DNA of 64,000 nt from Camelus dromedarius (GCF_036321535.1 NC_087436.1:46750001-46814000), one strand, 5' to 3'; positions 1 through 13,275 are shown, counted from the stretch's first letter. The notes: generated by a model not told the origin, from the letters alone. Numbers and translations are program-made.

Positions 1-1700
1 TTTTAATTTTTTTTTAATACTTTCAACTTGAACTATAGGAGTCTAGGAGCTGAACATTTTGGTCCATGGCAGCTAGAGGTCTGCCTATACTTTTTGTTTG
101 CATGATTATAAATTGACAAACAAGGAAAGTGGCATGTAATTTTATAGCAACCAAACACACAGTTTTCCCCTTTCCTTTGGGATGAAAATTCCTTCCTGTA
201 GAAACTAAGGTTATGCCCCTACTTGTGAAGCCCAAGGAGGGACACTTTGATGTGAAAGAGGATCCTGGTAGAGTAACGGATACAGAAACCAGTGTGGGAA
301 TAGGAGGAGCCTCCAGAGACAGGAAAAGGCATTGTCCCGAGGAGGGGTTATTTCATCCCTCTCTGTCGTCATTCGGGCTGTCTGGTTTATTTCCTCCCCC
401 AGGTTGGTGTGAGTTGGAAGGAGAGCCCTTTGTTAATGAGGTCAAGAACAAGACTGCCCATTTTGTGAGGTGGTCAGGGCTGAACTTTCAGATTTTTGAT
501 TTTATGAAAAGTGACCAAGAACAAAATTAATTTGGGTTTTGCCTAAGCAATCCCAGAGCAACTGGCTAGGAAGTAAAAACTCCAAACAAATGGTGTGGCT
601 AAACAACATCAAACAACTTGTTGGATTGATTTTCCTAGGAAATGCTTCCATTGGCCCACAGTTTAGGCATTATGTAGGTATAAGACTGAAATTTTGCCCA
701 CAGCTGGGTCCCCTGAAACCAAAAATTTGCTAAAATAAAAGAATTTTATTTGAAGAGTTGCATATCACAAACAAATAGCTGCTGCTCAGAAGCACTGATA
801 AACACAAATCTCAGAGCTGGGAACTTCTGTGAAGTCATTTTCTAGGATGACATTAGCACTGCCCTGTATATGGGTCCCATCTTTCTCAGGGGCTTTCTCA
901 GCACACACCAGGCTGGACCCCAGCAGAATGTTCAGCCAGACCCTCATCATCTGGGAGCAGGAGGGGAAAGAGCGTCCAAGGCCAGTTCCATCTGGCACAG
1001 GCATGGGGCTTCTGGCCACACTGGTTTCACTGTGCTTAGCACTGAACCTTTTCAGGGTGCTTGGGAGTGCTTTGTATTAGTTTTCACTCCAGTCCATGGT
1101 GGAGAGCAACTTTAATATTAGATTTCCCATTTTAGAGACCAATGAGCTGATGATCAGGAGGCTTAAGGGACCTACATATCATCACCCAGAAAATGAGCAT
1201 CACAGCCAGGATTAGTCTCGGGCACGGAGATGCCCGAGACTCTAATGGCTGTATGGTCAGCAGACAGCATCGGCCTCTGTGCTCAGAACTGAAGGGAATC
1301 AATCTTCATCTCTAGGACATTGTAGGAACCTCTCTCCTCCCAGGGCCCGGTGAAGCCCCAGCTGGCCATACCTCAGGAAGTGAACTTGATATGAACTGCT
1401 AGAGGTGGTGTCTGGCTGAGGTGGACTCAGTCCAGCTCTTTGTTCTAGGTCACGCTCAAAGCACCATGAGGGTTTGAGATGAGCAGGATTTTGTTCTAAT
1501 CTGGAATATTAGCACATAAAAACAAAAGTAAAGCACCTTAGGGAACATAAGCTGAGTAATAAGCCAACGCTGATCTTATAAGGCCATTCAATTTGATATG
1601 GCAGAAGTATGAGACACCCTCCATGTGAAAGGCACAAACATGAATAAAAATAGTCCTGACTCTCCAGGAGGTCAGCTTTCTGAGGCAGACAAATAGGTAT

Positions 1701-4075
1701 CAGGCTCACCTCAGAGATATTGGGGGTTCAGTTCCAGACCACTGCAATAAAGCGAATATCTAGAAAGTGAGTCACACAAATTTTTTGGTTTCCCAGTACA
1801 TATAAAAGTTATGTTTATACTATACTGTGGTCTGTTAAGTGTGCAGTAGCCTCATGTCTGAAAAACAATTAAAATTGTTTTAATTAAGGTGTTTTAAAGC
1901 TCCTTAATTAAAAGATGCTTTACTGCTAAAATATGCTAACCGTTATCTGAGCCTTCAGAGAGTTGTTATATGTTTGATGGTGGAGGGTATTGCCTCATGG
2001 CTGTTGACTGATCAGGGTGATTGAGGCAATTTCTTGAAATAAGACAAATTTGCCACATTGATTTGACTCTTCTTTTCACAAACAATTTCTCTGTTGCACA
2101 TAATGCTCTTTGATAGCATTTTGCCCATAGAACTTCTTTCAAAATTGGAGTCAATCTTCTCAAACCTTGCCTCTTTGTCAACTTAGTGTATGTAATATTC
2201 TAAATCCTTTGTTGTGATTTCAACAGTCTTCAAAGCATCTTCACCAGGAGTAAATTCCACCACAAGAAACTACTTTCTTTGCACATTTTTAAGAAGCAAC
2301 TTATCTGTTCATGTTTTCTCATGAGAATGCAGCAGTTCAGTCACATCTTCAGGTTCCATTTATAAATCTAGTTCTCTTGCTGTTTCCATCACACCTGAAG
2401 TTCATTCTGCCACTGAAGTCTTGAATCCCTCAAAGTCATCCATGACGGCTGGAATCAACTTCTTCCAAATTCCTGTTGTTGATATTTTGACCTCTACCTA
2501 TGAATCACAAATGCACTCTTAATGACTTCTAGACTGGTAAACCCTTTTTAGAATATTTTCAATTGACTTTGCCCAGATTCATCAGAGGAGTCACTATCTA
2601 TGAAAGCTATAGCCTTGTGAAGTGTATTTCTTAAGTAGTAAGAGTTAAAATTAGAAATTACTCCTTGATCTATGGGCTGCAGGATGAATGTTGTGTTAGT
2701 AGGCGTGAAAACAACATTAATGTCACTGCACATCTCAATCAGAGCTCTTGGGTGACCATGTGCATTGTCAATGAGCAGTCATATTTTGAAAGGAATCTTT
2801 TTTCCTGAGCAGTAGGTTTCAGCAGGGGGCTTAAAATGTTCATAAACCATGTTGTAAACAGATGTGCTGTCATCTAGGCTTTGTTGTTTTGATTATAGAG
2901 TACAGACAGTGTAAATTTGGAATCATCCTTAAGGGTCCTAGGATTTTCAGAATGGTAAATGGGCACTGGCTTCAGCTTCAAGTCATCAGCTGCACCAGCC
3001 CCTAAGAGGGTCAGCCTGTTTTGTGAAGATTTGAAGTCAGGCATTGACTTCTCCTCTCTAGCTATGAAAGTCCTAGATGGCATCTTCTAATATAAGGCTG
3101 TTTTGTCTACGCTGAAAATCTATTTTATGCAGCCACCTTCATTAATTATCTCAGCTAGATCTTCTGGATAACTTGCTGCAGCTTTTACTACATCAGCACT
3201 TGCTGCTTTACCATGCACTTTGATGTTACGGAGATGGCGTCTTTCCTTAAACCTCATGAACCAACTTCTGCCAGCTTCAGACTTTTCTTCTGCAGCTTTC
3301 TCAGGTCTCAGTCTTTACAGAATTGAATAGAGTTAGGGGCTTGCTCTGGGTTAGGCTTTGGCATAATGTAATGTTATGACTGGTTTGATCTTTTATCCAG
3401 GCCATTAAAACTTTCTCCAGATCAGCAATAAGGCTGTTTTGCTTGTTTCTCATTCATGTGTTCACTGAAATAGCACTTTTGATTTCCTTCAAGAACTTTT
3501 CCTTTGCATTCACAACTTGACTAACTAGTGCAAGAGGCCTAGCTTTCAGCCTGTCTTGGCTTTCGACATGCCATCCTCATTAAGTTTAATCATTTCCTAG
3601 CTTTTGATTTAAAGTGAGACTCTTCCTTTCACTTGAACACTTAGAGGCCAGTGTAGGGCTACTAATTGGCCTAATTTCAATATTGTTGTGTCTCAGCCAC
3701 TAGGGAGGTCCAAGGAGAGGGAGAGAGCTAGGGGAACAGCTGATTGGTAGAGCAGTCAGAACACACACAACATTTGTCAATTAAGTTTGCTGTCCTGTAT
3801 GAGTGTAGTTCATGGTGCCCCAAAACAATTACAATAGTAAGATCAAAAATCACTGATCACAAATCACTATAACAAATATAATAGTAATGAAAAAGTTTGA
3901 AATATTTCGAGAATTGCCAAAATGTGATATACAGACACAAAGTGAGCAAATACTGTTGGAAAAATGGTGCTGATAGGCTTGCTTGACATAGGGTTGACAC
4001 AAACTTTCAATTTGTAAAATATGCACTGTCTGCAAAGTGCAAGAAAGTGAAGTGTGATAAAATGAGGCATGCCTG
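1701..4075 (-). mobile_element. Full-length Tigger1 DNA transposon (TcMar-Tigger), decayed
   Basis: TIRs CAGGCTCACCTC (1701) and GAGGCATGCCTG (ends 4075) match the recalled Tigger1 terminus CAGGCATACCTC. Length ~2.4 kb, with internal transposase fragments on the minus strand. Confidence 0.95.
2050..3570 (-). pseudogene. Disrupted Tigger1 transposase (CENP-B/pogo-like DDE) coding region
   Basis: ORF-track pieces [38 protein letters not shown] (2874-3083) and [26 protein letters not shown] (2548-2733) are typical Tigger1 transposase, broken by stops and frameshifts. Ends approximate. Confidence 0.88.
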
Positions 4076-5199
4076 GATACCTGTCTGTGTCACAAAGCAG
4101 ACTGTGTCACTCTACAGAGGAAGAAGAAACAAAATGTTAGGGGTGTCCACAAGAGGAAGGAGACATTGATTCTGACCAGGGAAGTCTGGAAAGTTTCTGA
4201 GAGATGACAATTGACCTGGACCTTGACAAGTCAGACTCCCAGAACCTGGAATGACTGCTGAGGTTCAGGGCAGTATGATTTGTCTGAGATTGGAATCCAG
4301 TTCTGTAGCCATCATTCTGAACTGCGTCAGAACCATCATCTGAATGCTGCCAGGGAGATACGGTGTACTGTGAAGTTGAGATGATTTTATTCTTGTTCTA
4401 TTTTGCTCAAAAACCCCAGAATGAGGCAGTGGCAAAAATGACCCATTTTTCTCATTTTGCATAATTTTGTATTTAAATTCTCACTTTTGGGGACTTTCAT
4501 AATAATGAGATTTATCCAGAGCCTTGCATCAGTTTTGAAGAAGGACTTCCATTCAGAGGAAAATTTTCAAATAAATCAACTGCGCATTTAAATCCATTTG
4601 TGTTTTCTATATTTCTAACTGACATTTCCTAAAATATTTGCTCATTACTAAATTATTTTAGCTAAGACTGAATCCCTTGGTTTTTCTACTTGTTTAAGTC
4701 AGGACCAGATGAATAGATAAGGCCAAATCTATTGTCTCCATGGAAAAAGATTAAGAGGTTATAAACATCAGATTAGAGTTAACTATGGTATTAAGCAGGA
4801 GAAACTGGTCATAATGTATGACAATGAGTTTTTTTACATACAAAAATAGCATACTTGTCAAAGCACACAGGTATTATACTGGGAGAGGCTTTGTAAATAC
4901 TTTCTAATAATATCTCCCATTTAAAAGTGATTTTCCAAGAAATGCATAATGCAAAAAATTAGTTCTGGTTGGACAGATGTAAGTGTGCTTTGTTTTCAGG
5001 TATCCACTTGTGTGGAAGGTTCTGCTTAAAACCAGTACTTATAACTCAACCTTCGGGATAAGACGTTGGGTACATGTGAATCTGACAGTTAGAATCTATG
5101 TTTGATTTTGTCCAAAAAACTTATTATGTCACTTAATTACACATAGTATTGTGTACAGTGATTTTTTTTGGCTAAGATCCATATAACCGTGTTCTAAGT

Positions 5200-5345
5200 T
5201 TCATTCACCCATTTGATTAATCATTATTAAGCACATATGATGAGCCAAGAATTGTACTACATGCTGGGTAAGCAAGTCAGATGTACTCCTTGCTCCAAAA
5301 AAGCTTATAGTTTTACAGGGTGGACAAGCAATAAACATCAAATAA
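5200..5345 (-). mobile_element. L2 3' fragment
   Basis: TCATTCACCCATTTG..TTATTAAGCACATATGATGAGCCAAG..TGCTGGG..GCTTATAGTTT resembles the reverse complement of the L2 3' end. Confidence 0.55.
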
Positions 5346-6761
5346 ATTAGAACCCATAGAGTGTGAAGAATACTGTATCTTATTGAGTAGAGTTGCTGCT
5401 GGTTATGAGATACACCATTATTTTTTTAGTTGCTTACAAAGAAAAGACCATGGCCAACTAAACTATCATTTATTCCAATCTCAGAGACGTTAAAAAGTGG
5501 GGGTGAGGGGTGGGGTGGAGGGGATGTATATCTTAGAACCAGTGAAATCCTCAAGCAAGAGGGTAGAGGACCATGAAGAGTATCACTGGGGATCTTTAAA
5601 TAGGGATGGACTGAGCAGTGAGATATGTTTTATCTCAGACTTGAAGAATAAGAAAAGTTGGTCCTACTACTACAGCCCAAGAAAGAATATTCCAGGCAGC
5701 AGTGACAGCCTCAGGACACAGGGGCAGGAAATCAGGAAATCACATTGCATGTTTGAGGTGCCCAAATTATACCACATGGCTTTGATAAACAATTGTCCTG
5801 GGGTTTTCCCCACACCCCAATCTGAATAGCATTATAGAACTCTAAACCACTGAGGCATCTTCCTTTCCACACGGCCCTCAGTGGCGGTTGTAGCTTTCCT
5901 GCTGTTGTTCTGTGCTCTCCTTCCACTGCTGCTCACCAGTCCATCTCCTCCCACTGCTGCTGTGTGCTTGGGGCTCACCTCTCTGCTCTCCACCACCGCC
6001 ATACAAGCCTGTGGCTCGTTCCCGACTGGAGGAACCATCCTCTCAATCAAAGTGAATACCACTCTTTAGAAATCTTGGGTGGTCTGACCTGATATTTTAG
6101 TTTAGTGGCCACAGATATTTTAGTCTCCCAAGAGGTTAGTCTTACTCTTTCAATTTTACTGGTCCCACTGTGTAAGGAACGTGGAACAATTTCCCCAGGG
6201 ACTGGTCTGGAGGTACTGTTGAATAACACCGCAGTGTTTTTCTTCCTTCCCACAAAGGACCAGCTGGTGCCTCAAGACTGGGCATAAACCTTTTGGCGAT
6301 CTGCTAACTCAGAGTGAAAAACTCTGCTTTCCTTCAGCATTCCTACCCTTCCAGGTCAGGCAAAACTTTTTCTTCCTTTTCTACTTAGAACGTTGAATCT
6401 TGATGCCGCCTCTGATTTTCTTTATTTTTCTTTCCCAGGAGAATTAAATACCCTTGTGCCTTAGTACATAATAAGACCTGTAAGACAACCTATGGATTTT
6501 CAGATTCTCATTTTCCCATCCCTCCCGCCACAAAAAGAGAGGATCAGTACTTATAACTGGGCTCTTGCTCACTTACCTGCCCACAGGCTGTATAACAGCA
6601 TGTTGGGGCAGCTGCCATCCACCCTTAGCACAACTTTTCTGAGATGCTGACAGTCTCCCTGAGGAAGTGCTTCTAACTCCCTTATTGAGACAGATAGGAA
6701 ACGCCATCTGCAAGATAATTTTATGATACATTTGAGCCAAATACACTCAGGAAAGGATTCT

Positions 6762-7165
6762 AAAGAACAATATCAAGTGTCCATGAACTGGTGAGTGGAT
6801 AAACAAAATGTGGATGGAATGCTATTAGTAAAAAAACTTTCCAAAACATGGATGCACCTCAAAAATGTTATGTTAAGTGAAAGAAGCCAGGTGCAAAAGA
6901 CTATGTGTTTTATGATTCCATTTATATGAAATGTCCAGAAAAGGCAACTCTATAGAGCCCGGAAATACATTAGCAGTTGTCTGGGCTTGGGCTGGAATGC
7001 CTGTGGGTAGAAGAGTTATTTACACAGTGATACAAATGTTCTAATACTGGATTGTAGTGATGGTTACATAACTCTGTATATTTACTAAAATTATTGAATT
7101 GTACATTTTAAATGGGTGAGTTTCATGGTATGTAAGTTATACTTCAAAAAAGATGTTAGAAAAAA
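6762..7165 (+). mobile_element. Old L1 3' end (L1MB/L1MC/L1ME type)
   Basis: AAGTGTCCAT..GGATAAACAAAATGTGG..AACATGGATGCACCTC..AAGTGAAAGAAGCCAG..TGATTCCATTTATATGAAATGTCCAGAAAAGGCAA.., ending in an A-rich tail. Confidence 0.85.
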
Positions 7166-8589
7166 GCATGACATATTACATCCATTGTGATATCAACTAG
7201 CCATGACTCTAACTCCATTAGCGCTCATGAACTGTGTACTATATAAGTCATTTCACCAATTTAGCTAGATTTCAAAACTCAACATATAGTTAACCCTGAG
7301 TATGTGCCCACAATCATGTTCAGATATATCCCTTTATATAATTATTACAAAAATGAATTTGACTTGAAATGGAGTAGGAGCAGTCTCATTTTAGATACTA
7401 TCTGTCTTTAGAATTGAAAACAGATCAAGGAAAAAGAAAAAAAAATTAGATGCAGAGGGAATAGAGAAAGTGAACCAAGGCATAATAAACCTAGTGTAGC
7501 TGCCATATCTTCTTGCACTATTTATGTTCAAACAATGCATCAGTGAGAACAAAGTCTGGAAGGCCAACACATATCCCTCCACAATCCCAGCCTCTGCTGC
7601 TTTGTCCATCAGGTATCTCTTAAGTTCATGTGAGTAACTTGAGGAGTGGATCCAGTTGGTTCTATGTGTGCTGACTACAGTGGGAGGCTATTGGCCTTGG
7701 GGGCTGTCTCTGAAGAACAGAAGCCGGGATACATTCCTTCTCCCCAGAGTGGCCCAGTGATAAGACTTTTTAAGAATAGGCTGATTTACTCCCTCTGGCC
7801 AAGTTCTATGAGGAAGCTTCCCAGCCCAAGTGGTCAGGGTCCTCTGGGCTAACACTCTTCCCCAGGCTGCTAAGAAATCCCAAGATGAAGCTAATGAGTT
7901 TGATTTTGTTAATTGCCACCAGGCTGGTGGTAGCAGAGACCTGGCTGGCACGAAATTGCTAATACTCCATGGTTAGTTCTCTCTAATTAATTCTGGAGGT
8001 TAAGTCAGGACCAGGACAGGTAAAACTGAGTCCTGACTGTGACTAGGACTAAGGGAGTAGAGAAAAGCCTTTCTCATTCACAGAAATTTTCCAAGGGAAA
8101 GTGATTTTTAATTAGGTTATGCTCTGTCACAGAGAATTCCTGGCCAGAATCTGGCTCTGGCCTTATTGTTACAGTTCTTAGCAACCAGATCTTTTTGTCT
8201 CACACCCACTCTGTTGAAAAGGGTGCAAGATAAATCCAGGTAGAGTAGATCAGGGTTTATTCAGTGCTCCTGTTCATACCCAGAAGTACCATCACACTTC
8301 TGTCTCAGGCCGGGGCTAGCCACCAGTCCTGTCTACTCCTACAACAGTAGCTTTTGGATCAAGTTTACAAGGCACCTTGATGTATTTTCCTAATTCATCT
8401 CTCAGAAAAAGAGTGAGAGGTGTTGGGTCCTTTTTTCCTAAGGGAACCCTGGCTCCTTGTTCTTTCTCCACCTACTTCTTCAAATCCTAATTTTTCTAAC
8501 CCCTCACATCCTTTCCTCCTAATCCTCTCAACTATAGCTTCCAAGATCACCAAGATTTATATGTGATACTAGCTAGCAAAATATAATGG

Positions 8590-9370
8590 CAACATTCTCT
8601 TTGATGTCATCTTACTGACCAATCAGCACACAGTTAATTTTTCTCTTTCTTAAAATTCCCTTGGCTCCCCTGACACTGTGTTCCTCTGGGTTTTTCTCCT
8701 ATACCATTGACAGTATTTGTTTTCCTCCTTTTGGGTGTTCTTTCTTTGCTCAACTCCTATATTTCTGAGCATTCCAAAGGCTTAGTCTTAGTTTCTCTGT
8801 TCTTTTCTATCAATATCCTCATTCTAGGCAATTACATACCACCTGAATGATGATGATTTCCAGTTTAATTTCATCAGCTCCACTGAGCTCCAAACTTACA
8901 TATCCAACTTCCTCCTTGATATGGAATTTAATAAGTAATAATTTTCAATCCTAAATTTTTGATTCCCTTCTCAAATCTAGCCTTTCTTTACCATTTCAGT
9001 AAATGACATTAATATCTATATAGCCATTCCAGACAAAAAACCTAGAAATCAACCTTGATTCCTTTTTTCTCTTATTCCTACTTTTAATCCATCAGCAGAT
9101 CTATTCAGCTCACTTTCCAAAATCTATCTCAAATATGACCATTTCTCTTATTCTCTACTTTTCTCTCTTAGTCCAAGTCACCGACTGAAGTAACTATCCA
9201 ACTGGTCTCCCTGCTGCCATGCTTGCTCCCTCACAAGTCATTCGCTACACAGCAAAGTGGGAGTTTTTTTGTTTTTTGATTTTGTTTTTGTTTTTGTTTT
9301 TAATATGATTCAGATCATATACTTTCCCTGTCATTGCAAATAAACACAATCCAGATTCCTTACTTGGTGT
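8590..9370 (+). mobile_element. L2 fragment
   Basis: Pyrimidine-rich, with L2 signatures CTGAGCTCCAAACTTACATATCCAACT, CCTAGAAATCAACCTTGATTCC, AACTGGTCTCCCTGC, TACACAGCA. Confidence 0.75.
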
Positions 9371-9524
9371 GATTTGGTCTTGTCACATAAGCTTCATCCA
9401 TTTGGTTTCTTTTCAACAGGCATAAAGGTAGATCTTTTATCTTTGCACATAGTTCATTTTGTTCTTCAACTCAATCCCAATCTTACTGGCAACAGAACAC
9501 CTCTTGATTTATTAAGAACTGGTT

Positions 9525-9914
9525 TAGTGCATTGAAAGGAGGGTATATTTCTCTTCCCCTTGAATCTGGACTGGCCTGTAACTGCTTTGGCTAATAGAGA
9601 ATGATGGTTCTAGTCCTGGTCTTCAAGAGGACTGGCAGCTTCTGTCTTATTGTCTTGGAGCAATGTAAATTGAACTAATCTGCTGTGAGGAAGCCCAAGC
9701 TAAACATGTTGAGAGACTACGTAGAAAGAGAGAGAAGAGCCTGACAGGCTCCCAGCTCTCCCAGTCCTCCCATCGGAGATCTCAGACACTGAGGAGCAGA
9801 GGCAATCTGTCCCCTCTGTGCTCTGTTCGAATTCTTGGAAACATATGAGATAGAGTTGTTTTAAACCACTAAGTTTTGAGGTAGTTTGTTATGCAGTGAT
9901 ATAAAACTGGAACA
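9525..9914 (+). mobile_element. MLT1 (ERVL-MaLR) LTR
   Basis: CCCCTTGAATCTGGACTGGCCTGTAACTGCTTTGG near the start; canonical MLT1 end TTTTAAACCACTAAGTTTTGAGGTAGTTTGTTATGCAG..AACTGGAACA. Confidence 0.85.
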
Positions 9915-9974
9915 TTTGGGAAGTAATTTGACACCCTGAGTATCTTGAACATCTTCATTCTATTTATTACTTAT

Positions 9975-10215
9975 TTAATAATTTGGCTGGGTATAGTATT
10001 TTTGGTTGGAAGAATTCTTCAGAACGTTGAAGGTATTGCTCTATTGTCTTCCAGCTTCAAGCGCTGCCATTGTGAAGTCCGATGCCATTCTGATTCACAT
10101 ATCTTTGCATGTGATCTGTTTTGCTTTCTTCTTCATCTGTGGACGTTTAGGTTTTCCTCTCTGAGCCCAGTGTTTTTAAGCATCATGAGGGTTTGTTTTG
10201 TTGTGGGTCTTGGGT
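9975..10215 (-). mobile_element. Old L1 (L1M/L1ME) fragment
   Basis: TTGGCTGGGTATAGTATTTTTGGTTGG..TTGAAGGTATTGCTCTATTGTCTTCCAGCTTC..AAGTCCGATGCCATTCTGATTC is typical antisense old L1. Confidence 0.7.
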
Positions 10216-10439
10216 TTCAGCTTCCTCTAAGTTTACTAAGTTCATCTTATCCATCTAACTCATTGTTTCGATCACTTTTATTGTTCTCCTCCTCTACCAA
10301 CTACCATTCCTTTGTAGGTTTATGTCTTTCTAAGCCATTTACCATAATAGTAACAGGATTTGGGGAAGCAGTGGCGGTAACTGTGTGTGCACTTTCCCTG
10401 AACTGCTGTTTTTGCACTACATACTCTTTTATTTATGAT

Positions 10440-10605
10440 TTTTTTTTTCACATCGTCTCCCCTACAAAATTGTAAACTCCATGACAGCCAGTACCATTCC
10501 TTCTTGTTCACTACTTATCCTCTTGTTCACTGCTTATTACTGTCCTGGTACAGTACCCAACACATAGTTATTTAATAAACATCTGTTGAATGGATGAATA
10601 AAGAA
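10440..10605 (+). mobile_element. L2 3' end
   Basis: TGTAAACTCCATGA..CTTGTTCACT..CACATAG..AATAAACATCTGTTGAATGGATGAAT; contains a ~19-bp local tandem duplication. Confidence 0.75.
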
Positions 10606-10719
10606 ATGGCTGAGGGAGGGGACAGGAAAGGTGGCAGGGGCAGACACATCAAAAGCAAACATCATAGTCTACCTGGTCATTTTGTCCAGAACCATAATAT
10701 TTAATGGGTGGAGGGGATG

Positions 10720-10901
10720 GTGGTGACAATTGTCTCTCAGAGGATATTTGGCAATACCTGGAGGGGGAGCAGTTTGCCCCTGGCATCTAGTAAGTAGGAG
10801 CCAGGAATGTTGCTAAACATCCTACAATGCACAGCACAGCCCCCTACAACCAAGAATTACTCAGTCCAAAATGTCAGTTGTGCCAAGGTCAAGAAACCCT
10901 G
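10720..10901 (+). mobile_element. MER20 (hAT-Charlie) element
   Basis: CTGGCATCTAG..GCCAGGAATGTTGCTAAACATCCTACAATGCACAG..CCAAAATGTCAGTTGTGCCAAGGTCAAGAAACCCTG. Confidence 0.9.
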
Positions 10902-13139
10902 GTATAGATCAGACTCAAATATAGCTAATACATATAGCATGGTCCCTCTTAAACACATAGCCCGTTTTCAAAATTCCACACACATGTGTCAAAACTTCCA
11001 ACTGTATGCCCCTTTCAGTGTGTGGGCTCAGTGGAGAAGTAGTAAGTTTGAATGTCCTATGGCTCACCCTTATGCAGTTTTTTACATAACTTATACACTT
11101 ATTTTTTTTTTTGAAAGCTGGGATTAGTGTAAAGAATGGAGTAGGAAGGAAATTGACAGAATCCCTACTTAATTCATTATTTTTCTTTCCAACGTGCAAC
11201 GGTAAGTAGATTTAATGGTGTCTTACATTTTTCCTCAGCTGCTCTTCCACCTTCTCAGAGGAAAGTGCCTACCAGGCTCTTCACAATAACCAAATAATGT
11301 AATCATAGCACTCTAGGGCTAGAAGGGAACTCATTCTAAGATAAAGTAATTGCCTCATGTAGCTAGCTCAATACAGAAATACAGAACTAGAATATGAATC
11401 CAGGTCTGTCCTGAAAGGTAGCTGTATTTTGTTATAGCATGTTCTTTGAATTAAAAATAACAACAACCTCCCCCACCCAAAAAACAAACAAACAAACAAA
11501 CAACCCTTTGACTACACAGATTCACTTTCAACAATGTGGTAAATAAAATGCTTACCTTCACCTACTTTCATCAAAAGTGAACTCACCTGGGGCACCATTC
11601 CATGTCACCTAACCATACCGAATGCTACACCTTAGACCCTGTTGATTATGACTTGGCAGACAAAGCATGGATTTGTAGTTCTATGTTGTGACATGCAGCC
11701 CATTCTGGAGCCTTGCATAAGCTACATTTTGATGAGAGTTATGCTTGCAGAGTGAATTCACTCAGGCTAAACTCAGCGATTAGTCATGGTTGATTATTTA
11801 ATGCTTAACCACTCCCCAGCTCCACCTCCCTCTTCCAGCCTCACCATTTAAGCCCAAACTAAAGTTGGCACAAAATGGGCTCTGTGCTTCTCCCCTGCTG
11901 TTCTTGTTCTACTCAAGACATGTGATATATTTTAAGAAGTTAACCATTTTGCTTTTGTTACTCTCTCTGTAGAAGCTGGATAATGGCCATCTTCTTCATT
12001 TTTTTCTCTCAAAATTTCTGAACATCAGTAATATAACAAAGGTTCTTTGACATCTTCAGATAAATAAAAGCCTTGAGCCAAATCCCTGGGTCTGCCTGCT
12101 CCTCCCTTCACAGCTCTGCAGGATGAGCACTCAGTCAGTCCTCTCTTCTTACACCTGGACTGCAGGTGTCCTCTTCCTCTCGGCCCTGCAGGACTTCTCT
12201 AAGTCTGAATGTTTAACTGCACCTCTGGGCTGAGTTTTGACAGAAGTCACCCAGCCTCCTCAACAGGCTACAGACCAGAGTAGATCATCCACCATCACCC
12301 GTGACCATGCCGTAGATTTGAAGCTCCTTTCATCACCATGGGACGTCTGGATACTGGCTACTTCTGTCAACCCCCACCTGGCACTTGCCTCTTCCTCATT
12401 TATGTTCATTTTCTTGTATCATTTATTGGTAGGACTTTCCTCCATTAAACTGTAGTTCCTTGAGAGTAGGGCTCTATCTATTTTTGTATTTGTATTGATA
12501 ACATACTGCCTTATTCTCCGTGATAGTCAACTTTGTGATTTAGCCCTAGTAAGTTTAATTGGTATTTGTAGTGGGTGATAGGTGAGTCTGTAATTGCTTT
12601 GCTTTATGCCATAGTCCTTATTTACCTGGTGACTTCCCTACTGGGGAGCTAGTCCAGAAGACATCCATTTCTTTAAAGAGTTGTCAGGGATGGAATCAGA
12701 AGGAAAAAAAAAATGCAAATTCTTGGCTTTTAATAGCAAAGTCTTTGTCCTGAATGATAAGAAACATTGTAAATTATAAGCAAATAGGTAGACTCAGTTT
12801 TTCCCCTCCCTCTTTCCCTCCTCACCAGATAAAGATCCTAGGAATGAAGGATGGAGGAAGAGTGTGGGAAGATCAAGCGAGCTTCAGAAATTGATGTGTC
12901 TCTGGGCCTTGCCTCCTGTCCCAACCCCTGGAGAGCTTCAGGTACCCCTGATCTGAGTTCACCTGGGCTTTGCGGATCCCATTGGGAACGTATCTGTGTC
13001 CTAGAGAAGGACAGCAGAGGTGGCATTGAGAGGTGGGAGGAGCAGGGTGAGTGCCTGGAACAGTCTCAGGTCCTTTCGGGACCCCAGGACTGGAGATGAC
13101 CAACCTTCCTTTGGTTCCATAAGAAAATTCCTGGAAGTT

Positions 13140-13275
13140 AGGGAGAGAGGGGAAAAGTAAGAGAAGGAGGGCGCGAAAGGAGAGGGGAAGGGGAGGAGGG
13201 AGGAGACAGAAAGAGAGAACTAGAGGGAGCAGGAGAAAAGAGGCGAGAAGGGACAGGAAGAGGTAGGAGGCATGG
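13140..13275. repeat. Purine-rich (GA) low-complexity tract
   Basis: ~135 bp almost entirely G/A on the plus strand. Confidence 0.8.

Noticed and set aside
6410..6440. Strong plus-strand splice acceptor (similar ones at ~4999, 18639, 32289, 37242)
   Set aside because: No convincing paired donor with a recognisable coding frame; such sites are frequent in non-coding DNA
4694..8014. Dispersed exact 14-15-mers (TTAAGTCAGGACCAG at 4694/8000; CAGTACTTATAACT at 5033/6545)
   Set aside because: Several matches of this length are expected by chance in a window this size; flanks do not align
9945..10475. 176-aa hydrophobic ORF
   Set aside because: Overlaps antisense L1 and T-rich low-complexity sequence; non-ATG start; no recognisable domain
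11548..11590. Two adjacent minus-strand donor consensus sites
   Set aside because: No matching acceptor or coding signal found upstream on that strand
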